Shown here piece by piece: positions 40,149-49,727 of a stretch of DNA of 64,000 nucleotides (positions are counted from its first letter, which is position 1; each line of letters starts with the position of its first letter). The notes under the pieces were generated by a model, which was not told the DNA's origin, ran no database searches, and worked only from the letters and a program-made list of their open reading frames with translations. Origin of the DNA: an uncultured Actinomycetota bacterium (GTDB lineage Bacteria > Actinomycetota > Actinomycetes > S36-B12 > GCA-2699445); the NCBI GenBank assembly GCA_963706835.1, contig CAVPOB010000016.1, forward strand, positions 132,093 through 196,092, read 5' to 3'. Made by a program: the position numbers and the translations under genes.

Positions 40149-42053
40149 ATGACGATGCACGGCATGCCCCCGGGGCCGTATGCGAGCCTGCGCTCGTTCT
40201 CCCGGGATTCTTCGATCGCCAAGCGGCGCGTGTCCCGCGAGACCGTGCGCAGGATTCTGGGGTATGCGCGCCCCTGGCGTCGGGAGGTCGTCGTCTTCCT
40301 GGTGCTGCTGGTTTTCACCTCGCTGCTCACCGTCGCCCAACCCTTGCTGTTCAAGCGCATCGTCGATGACGGGATCGCCGTCGGCGACACCGGTGTGGTG
40401 ACCAGTTCCGCGCTGGCGGTCGCAGGCTTGGCAGTGCTGCTGGCTGTGATCGGCCTGGTGTCGCGGTTCCTGTCGGCGAGGATCGGCGAGGGCTTGATCT
40501 TCCGACTGCGGACCGAGGTCTACGACCACGTCCAGGAGCAGCCGATCGCGTTCTTCACGCGCGCCCAGACCGGTGCCCTGGTCTCCCGGCTCAACAGCGA
40601 CGTGATCGGTGCCCAGCAGGCGTTCACCTCGACGCTGTCCGGGGTGGTGGGCAATCTCATCTCCGTCGTCGTGGTGCTGGCGACCATGTTCCTGCTGTCT
40701 CCCACCATCACCGCGCTGGCGCTGGTCCTGGTGCCGATCTTCCTCCTACCCGCCCGTTGGATGGGCCGCCGGCTGCAGGGGCTGACCCGGGAGCAGATGG
40801 TGCTCAACGCCGAGTTGGGCAATCAGATGACCGAGCGCTTCGGGGTTGCCGGGGCGCTGCTGGTGAAGCTGTTCGGCCGCCCGCCGGAGGAACACGCCGA
40901 CTTCTCGCAGAAGGCGGGCCGAGTGCGCGACATCGGCATCCGGATCGCGATGGCCAACCGCTACTTCCTGACCGCCCTCACGCTGGTCGCTGCGCTGGCC
41001 ACCGCTATCACCTACGGCGTGGGCGGCAACTTGGTGATCTCGGGAGCGCTGTCACTGGGAACGCTGCTGGCGCTGGTCGGTCTGCTGGCCCAGCTCTACG
41101 GCCCGCTGACCGCGCTGTCCAACGTACGCGTGGACGTCATGACCGCGCTGGTGAGTTTCGAGCGGGTCTTCGAGGTGCTGGATCTGCCCCCGCTCATCAC
41201 CGACCGGCCCGATGCGGTCGCACTTCCCAAGGGCCCGGCGACGGTGGAGTTCCAGGATGTGCACTTCACCTATCCGACAGCGGATCAGGTCTCGTTGGCC
41301 AGCCTGGAATCCTTGGCGCGCAGTGATGTGCAGTCCGGGGGCGCACCGATCCTGCAAGGCGTGTCCTTCGAAGTCCAGCCGGGACGGATGACCGCTCTGG
41401 TCGGTCCCTCGGGGGCGGGCAAGACCACCATCACCTCGCTGGTCAGCAGGCTCTACGACGTCACCGAAGGGACGGTTCGCGTGGGCGGCCACGACGTCCG
41501 GGAGGTGACGCAGGCATCCCTGCACGATGCGGTCGGGGTGGTCAGCCAGGATCCCCACATGTTCCACGACACCATCCGGGCCAACCTCGCCTACGCCGAT
41601 CCGGGCGCGGGGGAGCAGCAGATGCTCACCGCCCTGGCCGACGCCCAGATCCTGCACCTGGTGCAGACACTGCCGGCCGGGTTGGACACCGTCGTGGGCG
41701 AGCGCGGATACCGCCTGTCCGGTGGCGAGAAGCAGCGCCTGGCACTGGCACGCCTGCTGCTGAAGAGCCCGGACGTGGTGGTGCTGGACGAGGCGACGGC
41801 ACACCTGGACTCCGAGAGCGAGGCCGCGGTACAGCGCGCCCTGGCGACCGCGCTGCAAGGCCGAACGTCGCTGGTGATCGCCCACCGGCTGTCCACGATC
41901 CGCGCCGCCGACGAGATCCTGGTCATCGACGGCGGCCGCGTCGCGGAACGCGGCACCCACGACGAGTTGCTGGCCGCAGGCGGGATGTACGCCGATCTGT
42001 ATGCGACCCAGTTCTCCCAGCATCCAGCCAGCGAGACGGAGCCTGTCGGCTGA
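40149..42053 (+). CDS. ABC transporter, fused permease/ATP-binding exporter (MsbA/MdlB-like)
   Basis: 634 aa with six N-terminal TM spans. Walker A GPSGAGKTT, signature LSGGEKQRLALAR and Walker B VVVLDEATAHLD. Confidence 0.9.
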   Translation: MTMHGMPPGPYASLRSFSRDSSIAKRRVSRETVRRILGYARPWRREVVVFLVLLVFTSLLTVAQPLLFKRIVDDGIAVGDTGVVTSSALAVAGLAVLLAVIGLVSRFLSARIGEGLIFRLRTEVYDHVQEQPIAFFTRAQTGALVSRLNSDVIGAQQAFTSTLSGVVGNLISVVVVLATMFLLSPTITALALVLVPIFLLPARWMGRRLQGLTREQMVLNAELGNQMTERFGVAGALLVKLFGRPPEEHADFSQKAGRVRDIGIRIAMANRYFLTALTLVAALATAITYGVGGNLVISGALSLGTLLALVGLLAQLYGPLTALSNVRVDVMTALVSFERVFEVLDLPPLITDRPDAVALPKGPATVEFQDVHFTYPTADQVSLASLESLARSDVQSGGAPILQGVSFEVQPGRMTALVGPSGAGKTTITSLVSRLYDVTEGTVRVGGHDVREVTQASLHDAVGVVSQDPHMFHDTIRANLAYADPGAGEQQMLTALADAQILHLVQTLPAGLDTVVGERGYRLSGGEKQRLALARLLLKSPDVVVLDEATAHLDSESEAAVQRALATALQGRTSLVIAHRLSTIRAADEILVIDGGRVAERGTHDELLAAGGMYADLYATQFSQHPASETEPVG

Positions 42054-42174
42054 GCGCTTGCGGTGCGGTAGGCGCGCGTGCGTCTGACCCGAGACCGGTC
42101 GGAAGACATCCATCGCGGTGCCGGGGTCTGCGGGGTCGGCTGGGCGAAGGGCTGCCAGGCAGCGCCAGTAGCTC

Positions 42175-42695
42175 GGGTTGGCGGGCGTTGGCGGGCGTTG
42201 GCGGTGGGGTTGCGCCGGCGTTGGCGGTGGGGTTGCGCCGGCGTTGGCGGGCGTTGCGCCGTGTTGCTGAGGGAAGGTCTGCACCCGGAATGGGGGTTTG
42301 CACCCGCGGCGGGGGCTGGCGGGCCTCCCGGTTGGGCAGGTGTGCACCCGGAATGGGGGTTTGCACCCGGGGCGGGGGCTGTCGGCCGGGAATTCGGCGT
42401 TCTGGCCCCCGCCCCGGGTGCAAACCCCCATCGTGGGTGCAGAGTTCGCCGGGAATTCGGCGTTCTGGCCCCCATTTCGGGTGCAGACCCCCATTCCGGG
42501 TGCAGCGTTGGCCCGGCGAGTCGGGCCCCGGCTGGTCGGTGGCCCCCATTCCGGGTGCAGCGTTGGCCGGCAGCGGCCCTGGCCGCGGCAGCCCCCGTTC
42601 GGGTGCAGACCCCCGTTCCGGGTGCAGCGTTGGCCCGGCAGCGGGCCCTGCAGACCACCCGGCTAGCGGGGTGCCTGCCCCCGCCCCGGGTGCAG
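42175..42695. repeat. GC-rich composite repeat cluster C (preceded by a short GCGTTGGCGG-type tandem)
   Basis: Tandem at 42175-42262. Forward units at 42279 and 42343. 25-nt spacer at 42380-42404 (contains GAATTC). Reverse units at 42405-42441, about 42466-42505 and about 42592-42630, plus half units. The linker GGGAATTCGGCGTTCTGGCC is duplicated at 42388 and 42451. Confidence 0.85.
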
Positions 42696-42750
42696 GCACC
42701 GCCCGGCAGCAGGTGCTCGCCGCATGGTCCGCGCAGACGAGGTACGGCCG

Positions 42751-43530
42751 CTACGGCCCGGTCGAGGCGACGAGCGGACCATCGCCGGAGGTTTCAGCGT
42801 TCTCCCTGGCTTCGCGGCGCAGGAAGTACCACCACCCACCGATGGTGATGGCGGCGAACAGCAGCCATTGCCCGGCGTAGGAGTAGTTCTGGGCGCTATC
42901 GGCGGGCGGTAGGGGCAGCGCGGTGAGGCTCCCCGGATCGGCGGGGTCCAGCGCGGTTGCCTCGAGGTACGGCACGAGGACCGGGCCGTCGAGGCCCGCA
43001 GCCGTCGACAGCGCTGCGGTGTCGAGGTTGGTCGCCTGTCCCGGCGGCAGATCCGTTGGGATCGTTGCCGGTCCGGACTCCGACATGCGAAGGCGCCCGG
43101 TCACCAGGACCGGCCCGCTCGACCACGAAGGCATGTCGACCGTCGCGGTAGCGGGACCCGGCGCGGGCAGCCAGCCCCGATTCACCCAGATCCATGAGCC
43201 TGCTGCGGTCTGCAGCGGACACGCCGCCCACAAGCCATTGGTCGAGGAGAGCGGTCGATTGCGGATCAGGTACCCGCGGTCGCAGGCCAATACCCCGTTG
43301 ACCGTCACCGGCCGCCACTCGTCTTGCGGCGCGAGGGGGGTGCCCGCCGCGACGACCTCGGTCAACGGCACCGGGTCGGCGCCTGCGCCGGCCGCGACGG
43401 CTGCTGACTTGGCCTCCTCCTCCTGCGCCCGCAGCCACTGCCAGTTGCTGAGCACGCCGAAGGCCGCGATCGCCAGGATCCCGGCAAGCGTGAACGACAG
43501 CCACCGTCTCGTCTGCAGCAGGCCCCACAC
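42751..43530 (-). CDS. SURF1-family cytochrome oxidase assembly protein
   Basis: 259 aa. N-terminal RRWLSFTLAGILAIAAFGVLSNWQWLR, a periplasmic domain and a C-terminal TM (YAGQWLLFAAITIGGWWYFL). Confidence 0.8.
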   Translation of the reverse strand: MWGLLQTRRWLSFTLAGILAIAAFGVLSNWQWLRAQEEEAKSAAVAAGAGADPVPLTEVVAAGTPLAPQDEWRPVTVNGVLACDRGYLIRNRPLSSTNGLWAACPLQTAAGSWIWVNRGWLPAPGPATATVDMPSWSSGPVLVTGRLRMSESGPATIPTDLPPGQATNLDTAALSTAAGLDGPVLVPYLEATALDPADPGSLTALPLPPADSAQNYSYAGQWLLFAAITIGGWWYFLRREARENAETSGDGPLVASTGP

Positions 43531-43636
43531 ACCCCTATCGTGACAAACATCGACTCATCCAGCGCAATCGGTGGCGTGGCGGTGGGCCAGGCAATACCGT
43601 TCCAGTGAGAGTTGGGCCCCTAGTCAAGGAGCGGTC

Positions 43637-43762
43637 ATGGCCGACGAGCAGCAGTCACTGGGCATCATTTCCCTTATCGTGATCATCTTCATGGCACTGC
43701 TCGTGCTTGGCGTGATGCTCGGCACGTTCTTCCCCGACTCCTTCTTCAACAACCCGATCTGA
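43637..43762 (+). CDS. small hydrophobic protein (41 aa), hypothetical
   Basis: ATG 43637 is preceded by AAGGAG at 6-nt spacing. MADEQQSLGIISLIVIIFMALLVLGVMLGTFFPDSFFNNPI has a single TM span. Locally lower GC. Confidence 0.45.
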   Translation: MADEQQSLGIISLIVIIFMALLVLGVMLGTFFPDSFFNNPI

Positions 43763-43805
43763 TAGCGCGGCCATCTGATTCTCAGCCGAGTTGCGTCTGC
43801 CCGAC

Positions 43806-44153
43806 TCAATCGCGGTCTGCTTGCCCTCCGCGGATGACGCGGGTGGCCGTTGCCGAGAGTTCGGTTGTGCTGGCAGGTGCGACGGGCTCGTTGGCGAATC
43901 GATCGTTTTCACGTCCCGCGTTCGCGGCGATCACGGCCAGATAGGGCAGGACAACTGCTCCGGCGACCAATGCCCACTGCAGCCATCCGCTGGCAAGTAC
44001 CGCTGCGATGAAGCAGACAGTCCTGATGGTCATGGAGATCAGGTAGCGTCTCGCGCGCCGGCTCTGCCCCTCGGTGAGCGACTCCTGGGCAGACGTCACC
44101 CGGTGGACCGTTGGTGGCGGACTACTCGCGCGACGCCTGCTCTGCAATGCCAT
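43806..44153 (-). CDS. DUF3099 domain-containing membrane protein
   Basis: ATG 44153 with AAGGAGG upstream. ...ITSAQESLTEGQSRRARRYLISMTIRTVCFIAAVLASGWLQWALVAGAVVLPYLAVIAANAG matches the DUF3099 pattern. Confidence 0.75.
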   Translation of the reverse strand: MALQSRRRASSPPPTVHRVTSAQESLTEGQSRRARRYLISMTIRTVCFIAAVLASGWLQWALVAGAVVLPYLAVIAANAGRENDRFANEPVAPASTTELSATATRVIRGGQADRD

Positions 44154-44203
44154 CGCCCTCCTTGGATCGCCTCCAGTATGAACCCGGCGCCGCGGCCCAG
44201 CAC

Positions 44204-45583
44204 CTACACGGCGTCGCTCGCTGAGGAGAAGTTGAAGCCGGACACGGCCAAGGCCGGCATCACCGTGCGAGGGAAGTAGTCGGCCACCTCGCGGCCCAGT
44301 GCCGGCACCGCCGCAGAGGCGTCGCTGATCCGGGCCAGCAGGCTGACCGGAGATTCGTTGAACCGATAGTTGCCGGCCCGTCCTACGACCTCTCCGGATC
44401 GCACGAGGTAGACGCCGTCGCGGGTGAGGCCGGTGATGAGGTGGGTCTGCGGATCGACCATGCGGTTGTACCAGGTGCACGTGACGAGCAGGCCGTCCTC
44501 GGTGCGGGTGATGAGATCATCCAGACTGCCGCTGCCCGCGCCATCGAGGGCCAGGTTGTCCGGCGCCATCTGCGCCGGAAGTCCGCTGCGGTCGGCCAGC
44601 GCCCGTGGCGTGACCAAGCCGGCGAGCCGACCGTCACGGACCCAATCGGTGGGGCCGATCGGCAGCCCGTTGTCGAAGACGCTGGTGGCATCGTCGGACA
44701 TCGCTGCCACGACGAAGGGCGCACTGGGGGCCTGGGGCAGCGCGGGTGAGCTGTACAAGCGCACGGGCCGTTGGCTGAGCTGCTCACCGAGGGCCGTGGA
44801 TCCGCCGGCCCGGCTGAACGCGCTGCGACCCTCTAACGCAGCCCGGGCATCGGATCCCCACATCAGGTCCACCATGAGGTCCGCGACAGCCGATGGACTC
44901 AGCAGGGCCGTGCGGCGGCCCGGCGGCACAGGGAACGAGCGGGCCTGCCAGGCCAGCTCGGTACGGGCGCGCCGCGCCAGTCCCGCCACGTCCGCATCCC
45001 CGAGATCGGTGCCGGCGAATGACTGCCAGGTGGATCGCGTGCGTTGCTGCGACTGGACCGTCATCTCCAGCCGGGCCGAGGGCTGATCATGCCGCAGGGC
45101 GAGCCCGGCGCTGGTCGCCAACCAGGTACTGGTTCGCGTGAACTCGACGTAGCCGAAGTGCTCGCGACCGGCATCGGCGTCCTCGGCGACCTCGGCGCCC
45201 AATGCCGCGATGGTGGGGGCCAGATCGGTGGCCGCGACGCCCTGCGGCCCGCGCTTCCAGTCCCCGGGCGCGTCACCGGTCCCGCCGGCCAGGTCGGCGG
45301 CATCCCAAGCAGGAGCAGCGCGGCGGGCCGAAGCGAGTGCGGCCGCCGTCACAGCGGCCGGATCCAGCCCCGCGACCGGGCGGGACAGGGCTCCTACTTG
45401 GGGGCCGTCCGGTCCGTCGTGGATCGCGATCACGGTGACCTCGGCGGTGGCGGTATCGCCGTTGGTCGTCAGCTCGTTGCCCGCCCACCGGGTGTTGACC
45501 ATTGCCGAGGACGTGACGATGGCGACGGTCCGTGAGGCGCGGCTGGCGTCCAGCACTGCTTCAGCGACGTCGTGGCAGCGCAT
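44204..45583 (-). CDS. TldD/PmbA-family metallopeptidase, PmbA(TldE)-like subunit
   Basis: About 459 aa starting MRCHDVAEAVLDASRA. The start overlaps the stop of the upstream tldD-like gene. Lacks an HExxxH motif, as expected for PmbA-type partners. Confidence 0.8.
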   Translation of the reverse strand: MRCHDVAEAVLDASRASRTVAIVTSSAMVNTRWAGNELTTNGDTATAEVTVIAIHDGPDGPQVGALSRPVAGLDPAAVTAAALASARRAAPAWDAADLAGGTGDAPGDWKRGPQGVAATDLAPTIAALGAEVAEDADAGREHFGYVEFTRTSTWLATSAGLALRHDQPSARLEMTVQSQQRTRSTWQSFAGTDLGDADVAGLARRARTELAWQARSFPVPPGRRTALLSPSAVADLMVDLMWGSDARAALEGRSAFSRAGGSTALGEQLSQRPVRLYSSPALPQAPSAPFVVAAMSDDATSVFDNGLPIGPTDWVRDGRLAGLVTPRALADRSGLPAQMAPDNLALDGAGSGSLDDLITRTEDGLLVTCTWYNRMVDPQTHLITGLTRDGVYLVRSGEVVGRAGNYRFNESPVSLLARISDASAAVPALGREVADYFPRTVMPALAVSGFNFSSASDAV

Positions 45584-47181
45584 CAGTGGGACCCCTCTTC
45601 GTTGGTGTTGAGCACCTGGATCGCGCTGAAGACCGCAGCCGGGCAGCCGTGCGAGACCGGTGCTGCCTGGCCGGGCTGCCCTTTGCCGCAGTTGATCGCG
45701 CCGCCGAGTTGGTAGCTGGGGGCGCCTCCGAGCTCGGTCAGGGCATGCCAGAACTGCGGCGTGCTCGACTGGTACGCCACATCGCGGACCTGACCGGCTG
45801 CCCGGCCGTCCTTGATGCGCCACGCGCGCTGCGGCGTGAACTGGAAGTTGTAGCGCTGCATGTCGATCGACCATGAGTTGTCGCCGAGCAGCAGCAGCCC
45901 ATCGTCGACGCCGGCGACCAGATCGTCCAGCGACGTCTGCGAGGCGGCCGGCTGCAGACTGACGTTGGGCATCCGCTGGATGGGCACATGGGCGAAGGAG
46001 TCAGCGTAGGCGCAGCCGTTGCTGCGCATCCGTCCAAACGCTGCGGCCATGGCCCGGTCGAGCTGGAAGTCCACCAGCGTGCCGTCGGCGATGATGTCCC
46101 ACTGCTGCGCCGCGACCCCCTCATCGTCGAATGCAGTCGTGGCCAGTCCGTGCGGCGCGAGCCGATCGCCCGTGACGCGCATCAGGCTGCTGCCGTAGGA
46201 CAGGTGGCCCGGCGCATCCGCGGTGGCGAACGTGGTGCCGGCGTAGTTCGCTTCGTATCCGAGCGCGCGGTCCAGTTCGGTGGCGTGGCCGACCGACTCG
46301 TGAATCGTCAGCCACAGATGGGTGGGGTCCAGGATCAGCGTGGTGGCGCCCGGCTCGACGCTGGGGGAGCAAGCCTTCTCAGCGAGCAGCTCGGGCATCG
46401 CCTCGATCTCTGCCGCCCAGTCCCAGCCGGGAGCGGCACCGTGCGGCGCCACCGGTCCGGACAGATACTCCCAGCCCCGAGCCGTCGGTGGCGCCAGGGT
46501 CCGCATGCTCTGCATGCCATCCTCGCCGAGCGCGAAGGCCGTCCACTCACCGTGGACGCGGATGCGCTGCTGCTGGACCCGGGTTCCGGCCAGGTCGGCG
46601 TAGTGGGTCCGCTCCCGAACCGCATGGCTGTCGGCCTGCGTGTGCGCGACGGCGGGGTGCCGCAACAGGTCGGCGCTGCGGTCGACCAGCAGTGCCATGC
46701 GTTCGTGCGGCGGCACATCCAAAGGGTCCGCAACCGCCGGACCCGACCACCAGCCCTGATGCACAGGCTCGGCGGCCAGTTGCACCCGTCGCCTCCCGAG
46801 CGCGGCGCTCGCCCTGGCCATGGCGACGGCTCGCCGCGCGACCGCGATCGCACCTGCGGGGCTGCAGTCATCTCCGGCGGCGAAGCCCCACCTGCCAGCG
46901 AGGATCACGCGCACGCCGATGCCACGGTCCAGACCGCTGGCCTGTCCGCTGGCGACAGCGTCGCGGGCGGTGTCGATTGCCCACTCGGTATTGGTGATGC
47001 GCACGGCCGCTGCCTCGCACCCGGCAGCCTCGGCAACGGCCAGGGCAGCCTCGCTGAGTACGTCCACTGCCATCCCTGCGAACCACTCATCCCGAGCGCC
47101 GGATCCGATGACATGCGGCTGCAACGGTTCGGCCTGACCCAGCAGGCGGCCGGGGACCCAGCGATCGCGGATGGCATCCAT
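45583..47181 (-). CDS. tldD: TldD-family zinc metallopeptidase
   Basis: HESVGHATELD (HExxxH) and the C-terminal GxC motif region (AINCGKGQPGQAAPVSHGCPA). Start uncertain (ATG 47181 or 47073). Confidence 0.8.
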   Translation of the reverse strand: MDAIRDRWVPGRLLGQAEPLQPHVIGSGARDEWFAGMAVDVLSEAALAVAEAAGCEAAAVRITNTEWAIDTARDAVASGQASGLDRGIGVRVILAGRWGFAAGDDCSPAGAIAVARRAVAMARASAALGRRRVQLAAEPVHQGWWSGPAVADPLDVPPHERMALLVDRSADLLRHPAVAHTQADSHAVRERTHYADLAGTRVQQQRIRVHGEWTAFALGEDGMQSMRTLAPPTARGWEYLSGPVAPHGAAPGWDWAAEIEAMPELLAEKACSPSVEPGATTLILDPTHLWLTIHESVGHATELDRALGYEANYAGTTFATADAPGHLSYGSSLMRVTGDRLAPHGLATTAFDDEGVAAQQWDIIADGTLVDFQLDRAMAAAFGRMRSNGCAYADSFAHVPIQRMPNVSLQPAASQTSLDDLVAGVDDGLLLLGDNSWSIDMQRYNFQFTPQRAWRIKDGRAAGQVRDVAYQSSTPQFWHALTELGGAPSYQLGGAINCGKGQPGQAAPVSHGCPAAVFSAIQVLNTNEEGSH

Positions 47182-47228
47182 CCGCCCATCTTGGCCCACC
47201 GGCTGCTGCGAGCGGCCAGGATGGAGCC

Positions 47229-47747
47229 GTGACACCTCCGGGCCGGCAGTTGCTCATCGTGCGGCACGCCAAGAGCGACTGGGCGCAGCCCCTCGCGGAC
47301 TTCGATCGTCCGCTCAACCGGAGGGGCAGGAGGGACGGCCCTGCCATCGGCCGGTGGATCGCCGATCGGCAACTCCCGGTGGACGCAGCGGTGATATCGC
47401 CGTCGGCGCGGACCAGGGCCACCTGGCAGTTGCTGTCCGAGGCCGCTGGTCTGACCGTCGCGCCGGGCCTCGACCGAGGTATCTACCTCGGCGGCGCGGA
47501 GGACCTCGCCGATGCCGTGCGGAGCCTCGACGAATCCGCCCGGTGCGCCGTTCTGGTCGGTCATGCCCCCGGCTGCGGGGAGTTCGTGGAATGGGCCGCC
47601 GAAGGTCGGGGGGAGGCACCGGACTATGCCGCGATGCGCACGAAGTACCCGACGGCGGCGGTTGCGCTGCTTGCGATCGAGGGCCCCTGGATGAACCTGG
47701 CCCCCGGCTGCGGCCGCCTGCTGTCCTTCGCCGTGTGCCGCGGCTGA
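47229..47747 (+). CDS. histidine phosphatase family protein (SixA-like)
   Basis: LLIVRHAKSDW (RHG-type motif) ... SPSARTRAT ... LVGHAP; 172 aa. Confidence 0.8.
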   Translation: MTPPGRQLLIVRHAKSDWAQPLADFDRPLNRRGRRDGPAIGRWIADRQLPVDAAVISPSARTRATWQLLSEAAGLTVAPGLDRGIYLGGAEDLADAVRSLDESARCAVLVGHAPGCGEFVEWAAEGRGEAPDYAAMRTKYPTAAVALLAIEGPWMNLAPGCGRLLSFAVCRG

Positions 47748-47750
47748 GCC

Positions 47751-48947
47751 CTACTGGCCGTTCGCTGCTGACTCCGCCGCCTCGACCTCCTCTCGGCTGA
47801 AGCCGAGCAGGTAGAGCACGGAGTCCAGGTAGGGCACGTTCACCGAGGCATCGGCGTGCGCCCGCACGATGGGCTTGGCGTTGAAGGCGATGCCCAGGCC
47901 GGCCGCCGCCAGCATGTCGAGGTCGTTGGCGCCGTCGCCGATCGCCACGGTGCGCCGCATCGGGATGCCCAGCTCGGCGGCGAAATCGCGCAGCGCTGTG
48001 GCTTTGCCCGGCCGGTCCACGATAGGGCCGGCCAAGCGCCCGGTGAGTCTGCCGTCGGCCACCTCGAGCCGGTTCGCCCGCACATGGCGGACCCCCAGTT
48101 CGCTGGCGAGCGGCTCTACTACCTCGGCGAAGCCGCCGCTGACCAGGGCGACCCGATACCCCAGGCCATGCAGTGTGCGGACCAGCGTCCGGGCGCCGGG
48201 GGTGAACCGCACCTCGGCGCGGACCTCCTCGAGGGTCTCCACCGGCAGCCCCGCCAGCAGCGCGGTGCGGGCCACGAGCGACTGCGCGAAATCCAAGTCC
48301 CCAGCCATCGCCGCCGCAGTCACGGCCGCTACCTCGTCCTCGCATCCGGCATGCGCGGCGATCAGTTCGATCACCTCATCGCGGATGAGCGTGGAGTCCA
48401 CGTCCATGACCACGAGGCGCTGGCCGTGCAGGTCGAGGTCGCTGCGCTGCACGGCGACATCCACCTGCCGGGCCGCGGCCTCCTCGGCGAGCCCGGTGCG
48501 CAGGGCCACCGGGTCGGTGGTGCACACCTGCAAGGCGAGCGCCGTGACGGGGTACTCGGCGGTGCGAGTGATCCGCTCGATGTTGCCGCCGGCAGCCGCG
48601 ACGCGTCGGCTGATCCCTGCGATCGCGGCCGGTTGCAGCGGTTCGGCCAGAACCGTCACCAGGTGCCGGGCCCTGCGCCGGTCCACGACTTGCCGGCCGC
48701 CGGGCGCCACATCCACCTGAAGGTCCAGCCGCTGCGCAGCTTGGCGGATCCGATCGGAGATGGCCGCCGCGTCGTCGGTTGGGGACAGCCCGATCAGCGT
48801 CACCTGGATCAGTCGACCGGCGACCACGACCTGTTCGATGTCCAGCACGCGGCCGCCGAGCACGTCGAACAGTTCCGCGGTCACGCCGGGCCGGTCGCGG
48901 CCCGTGATCGTGACCAGCAGAGAACGGGCCGCCGCCTCGACCGTCAT
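47751..48947 (-). CDS. serB: phosphoserine phosphatase SerB (N-terminal ACT domains plus HAD domain)
   Basis: 398 aa. LLVTITGRDRPGVTAELF (ACT), and HAD motifs VMDVDSTLI, SGGF and GDGANDLDML. Confidence 0.9.
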   Translation of the reverse strand: MTVEAAARSLLVTITGRDRPGVTAELFDVLGGRVLDIEQVVVAGRLIQVTLIGLSPTDDAAAISDRIRQAAQRLDLQVDVAPGGRQVVDRRRARHLVTVLAEPLQPAAIAGISRRVAAAGGNIERITRTAEYPVTALALQVCTTDPVALRTGLAEEAAARQVDVAVQRSDLDLHGQRLVVMDVDSTLIRDEVIELIAAHAGCEDEVAAVTAAAMAGDLDFAQSLVARTALLAGLPVETLEEVRAEVRFTPGARTLVRTLHGLGYRVALVSGGFAEVVEPLASELGVRHVRANRLEVADGRLTGRLAGPIVDRPGKATALRDFAAELGIPMRRTVAIGDGANDLDMLAAAGLGIAFNAKPIVRAHADASVNVPYLDSVLYLLGFSREEVEAAESAANGQ

Positions 48948-49705
48948 GTCGTGCTCCCGGCAGTCGCGATGGCCCGCCGGGCGATGCCCGCCAGTGCGCG
49001 CAGGTGCGCTGCCCGCGACGAGGCTTCGGCCGCCGACACCGCCGCGCCGTCATCGGTGACCGCGGTCGCCGCAAGCACGGCAACCATCCGCGCCCGCCCC
49101 AGCAACTCGCGGCGCTCGCTGTCCCAACGGGGCGGCAACGCCGGCAGCGGCTGCCCGTCCTCATCCACGACGACCTGGCGCAGGCCGGTGGCGTCGGCAG
49201 CGACATCGAGGTCGGCCAGGGCTGCGGCGTGGCCGACCACGGCAGCGGCGAACTCGGATCGCGCCTGGCGGAGGGTGGGCCAGGCGGAGTGGACGGCCGG
49301 CGAGACGTCGACGATCTCCAGGTGCGCGTCCCCTTCGATGGAGGGGATCAGCACGGCCGCCCTGGTTGGGGCGTCCCCCGTGGGCAGGAAGGCAATCGCC
49401 GTACCGGAGTCGAGGGCCCGCCGCTGCAGCGCCGGTGGCCCCGGCACCCCGAGGACATCTCCCGGCGCTGGCAGCAGCAGCCTGGCGCCTCGATAGCCCT
49501 CTTTGCGCAGCCGTGCCAGCGCCCAGAGCACGGACTCGGCCTCGGCTGCTGTCCGGATCCGCGCGATCCCGGCGGCACGGGCAGCATCGGTCACATCGTC
49601 GGCGCTGGCCCCGCCTTCCAGCGATGCGGCCCCCCATGCGCCGAACGCGGCCGCGGCGACGGCGCGGCGAACCGCCAACAGCGGCGCGGAGACGGACGCG
49701 GTCAC
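48944..49705 (-). CDS. hypothetical Ala-rich protein, translationally coupled to serB
   Basis: 253-aa ORF whose stop overlaps the serB start. GC3-rich codon usage and no motif recognised. Confidence 0.5.
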   Translation of the reverse strand: MTASVSAPLLAVRRAVAAAAFGAWGAASLEGGASADDVTDAARAAGIARIRTAAEAESVLWALARLRKEGYRGARLLLPAPGDVLGVPGPPALQRRALDSGTAIAFLPTGDAPTRAAVLIPSIEGDAHLEIVDVSPAVHSAWPTLRQARSEFAAAVVGHAAALADLDVAADATGLRQVVVDEDGQPLPALPPRWDSERRELLGRARMVAVLAATAVTDDGAAVSAAEASSRAAHLRALAGIARRAIATAGSTT

Positions 49706-49727
49706 CGGACCAGCGTAGCCTCAGCAC

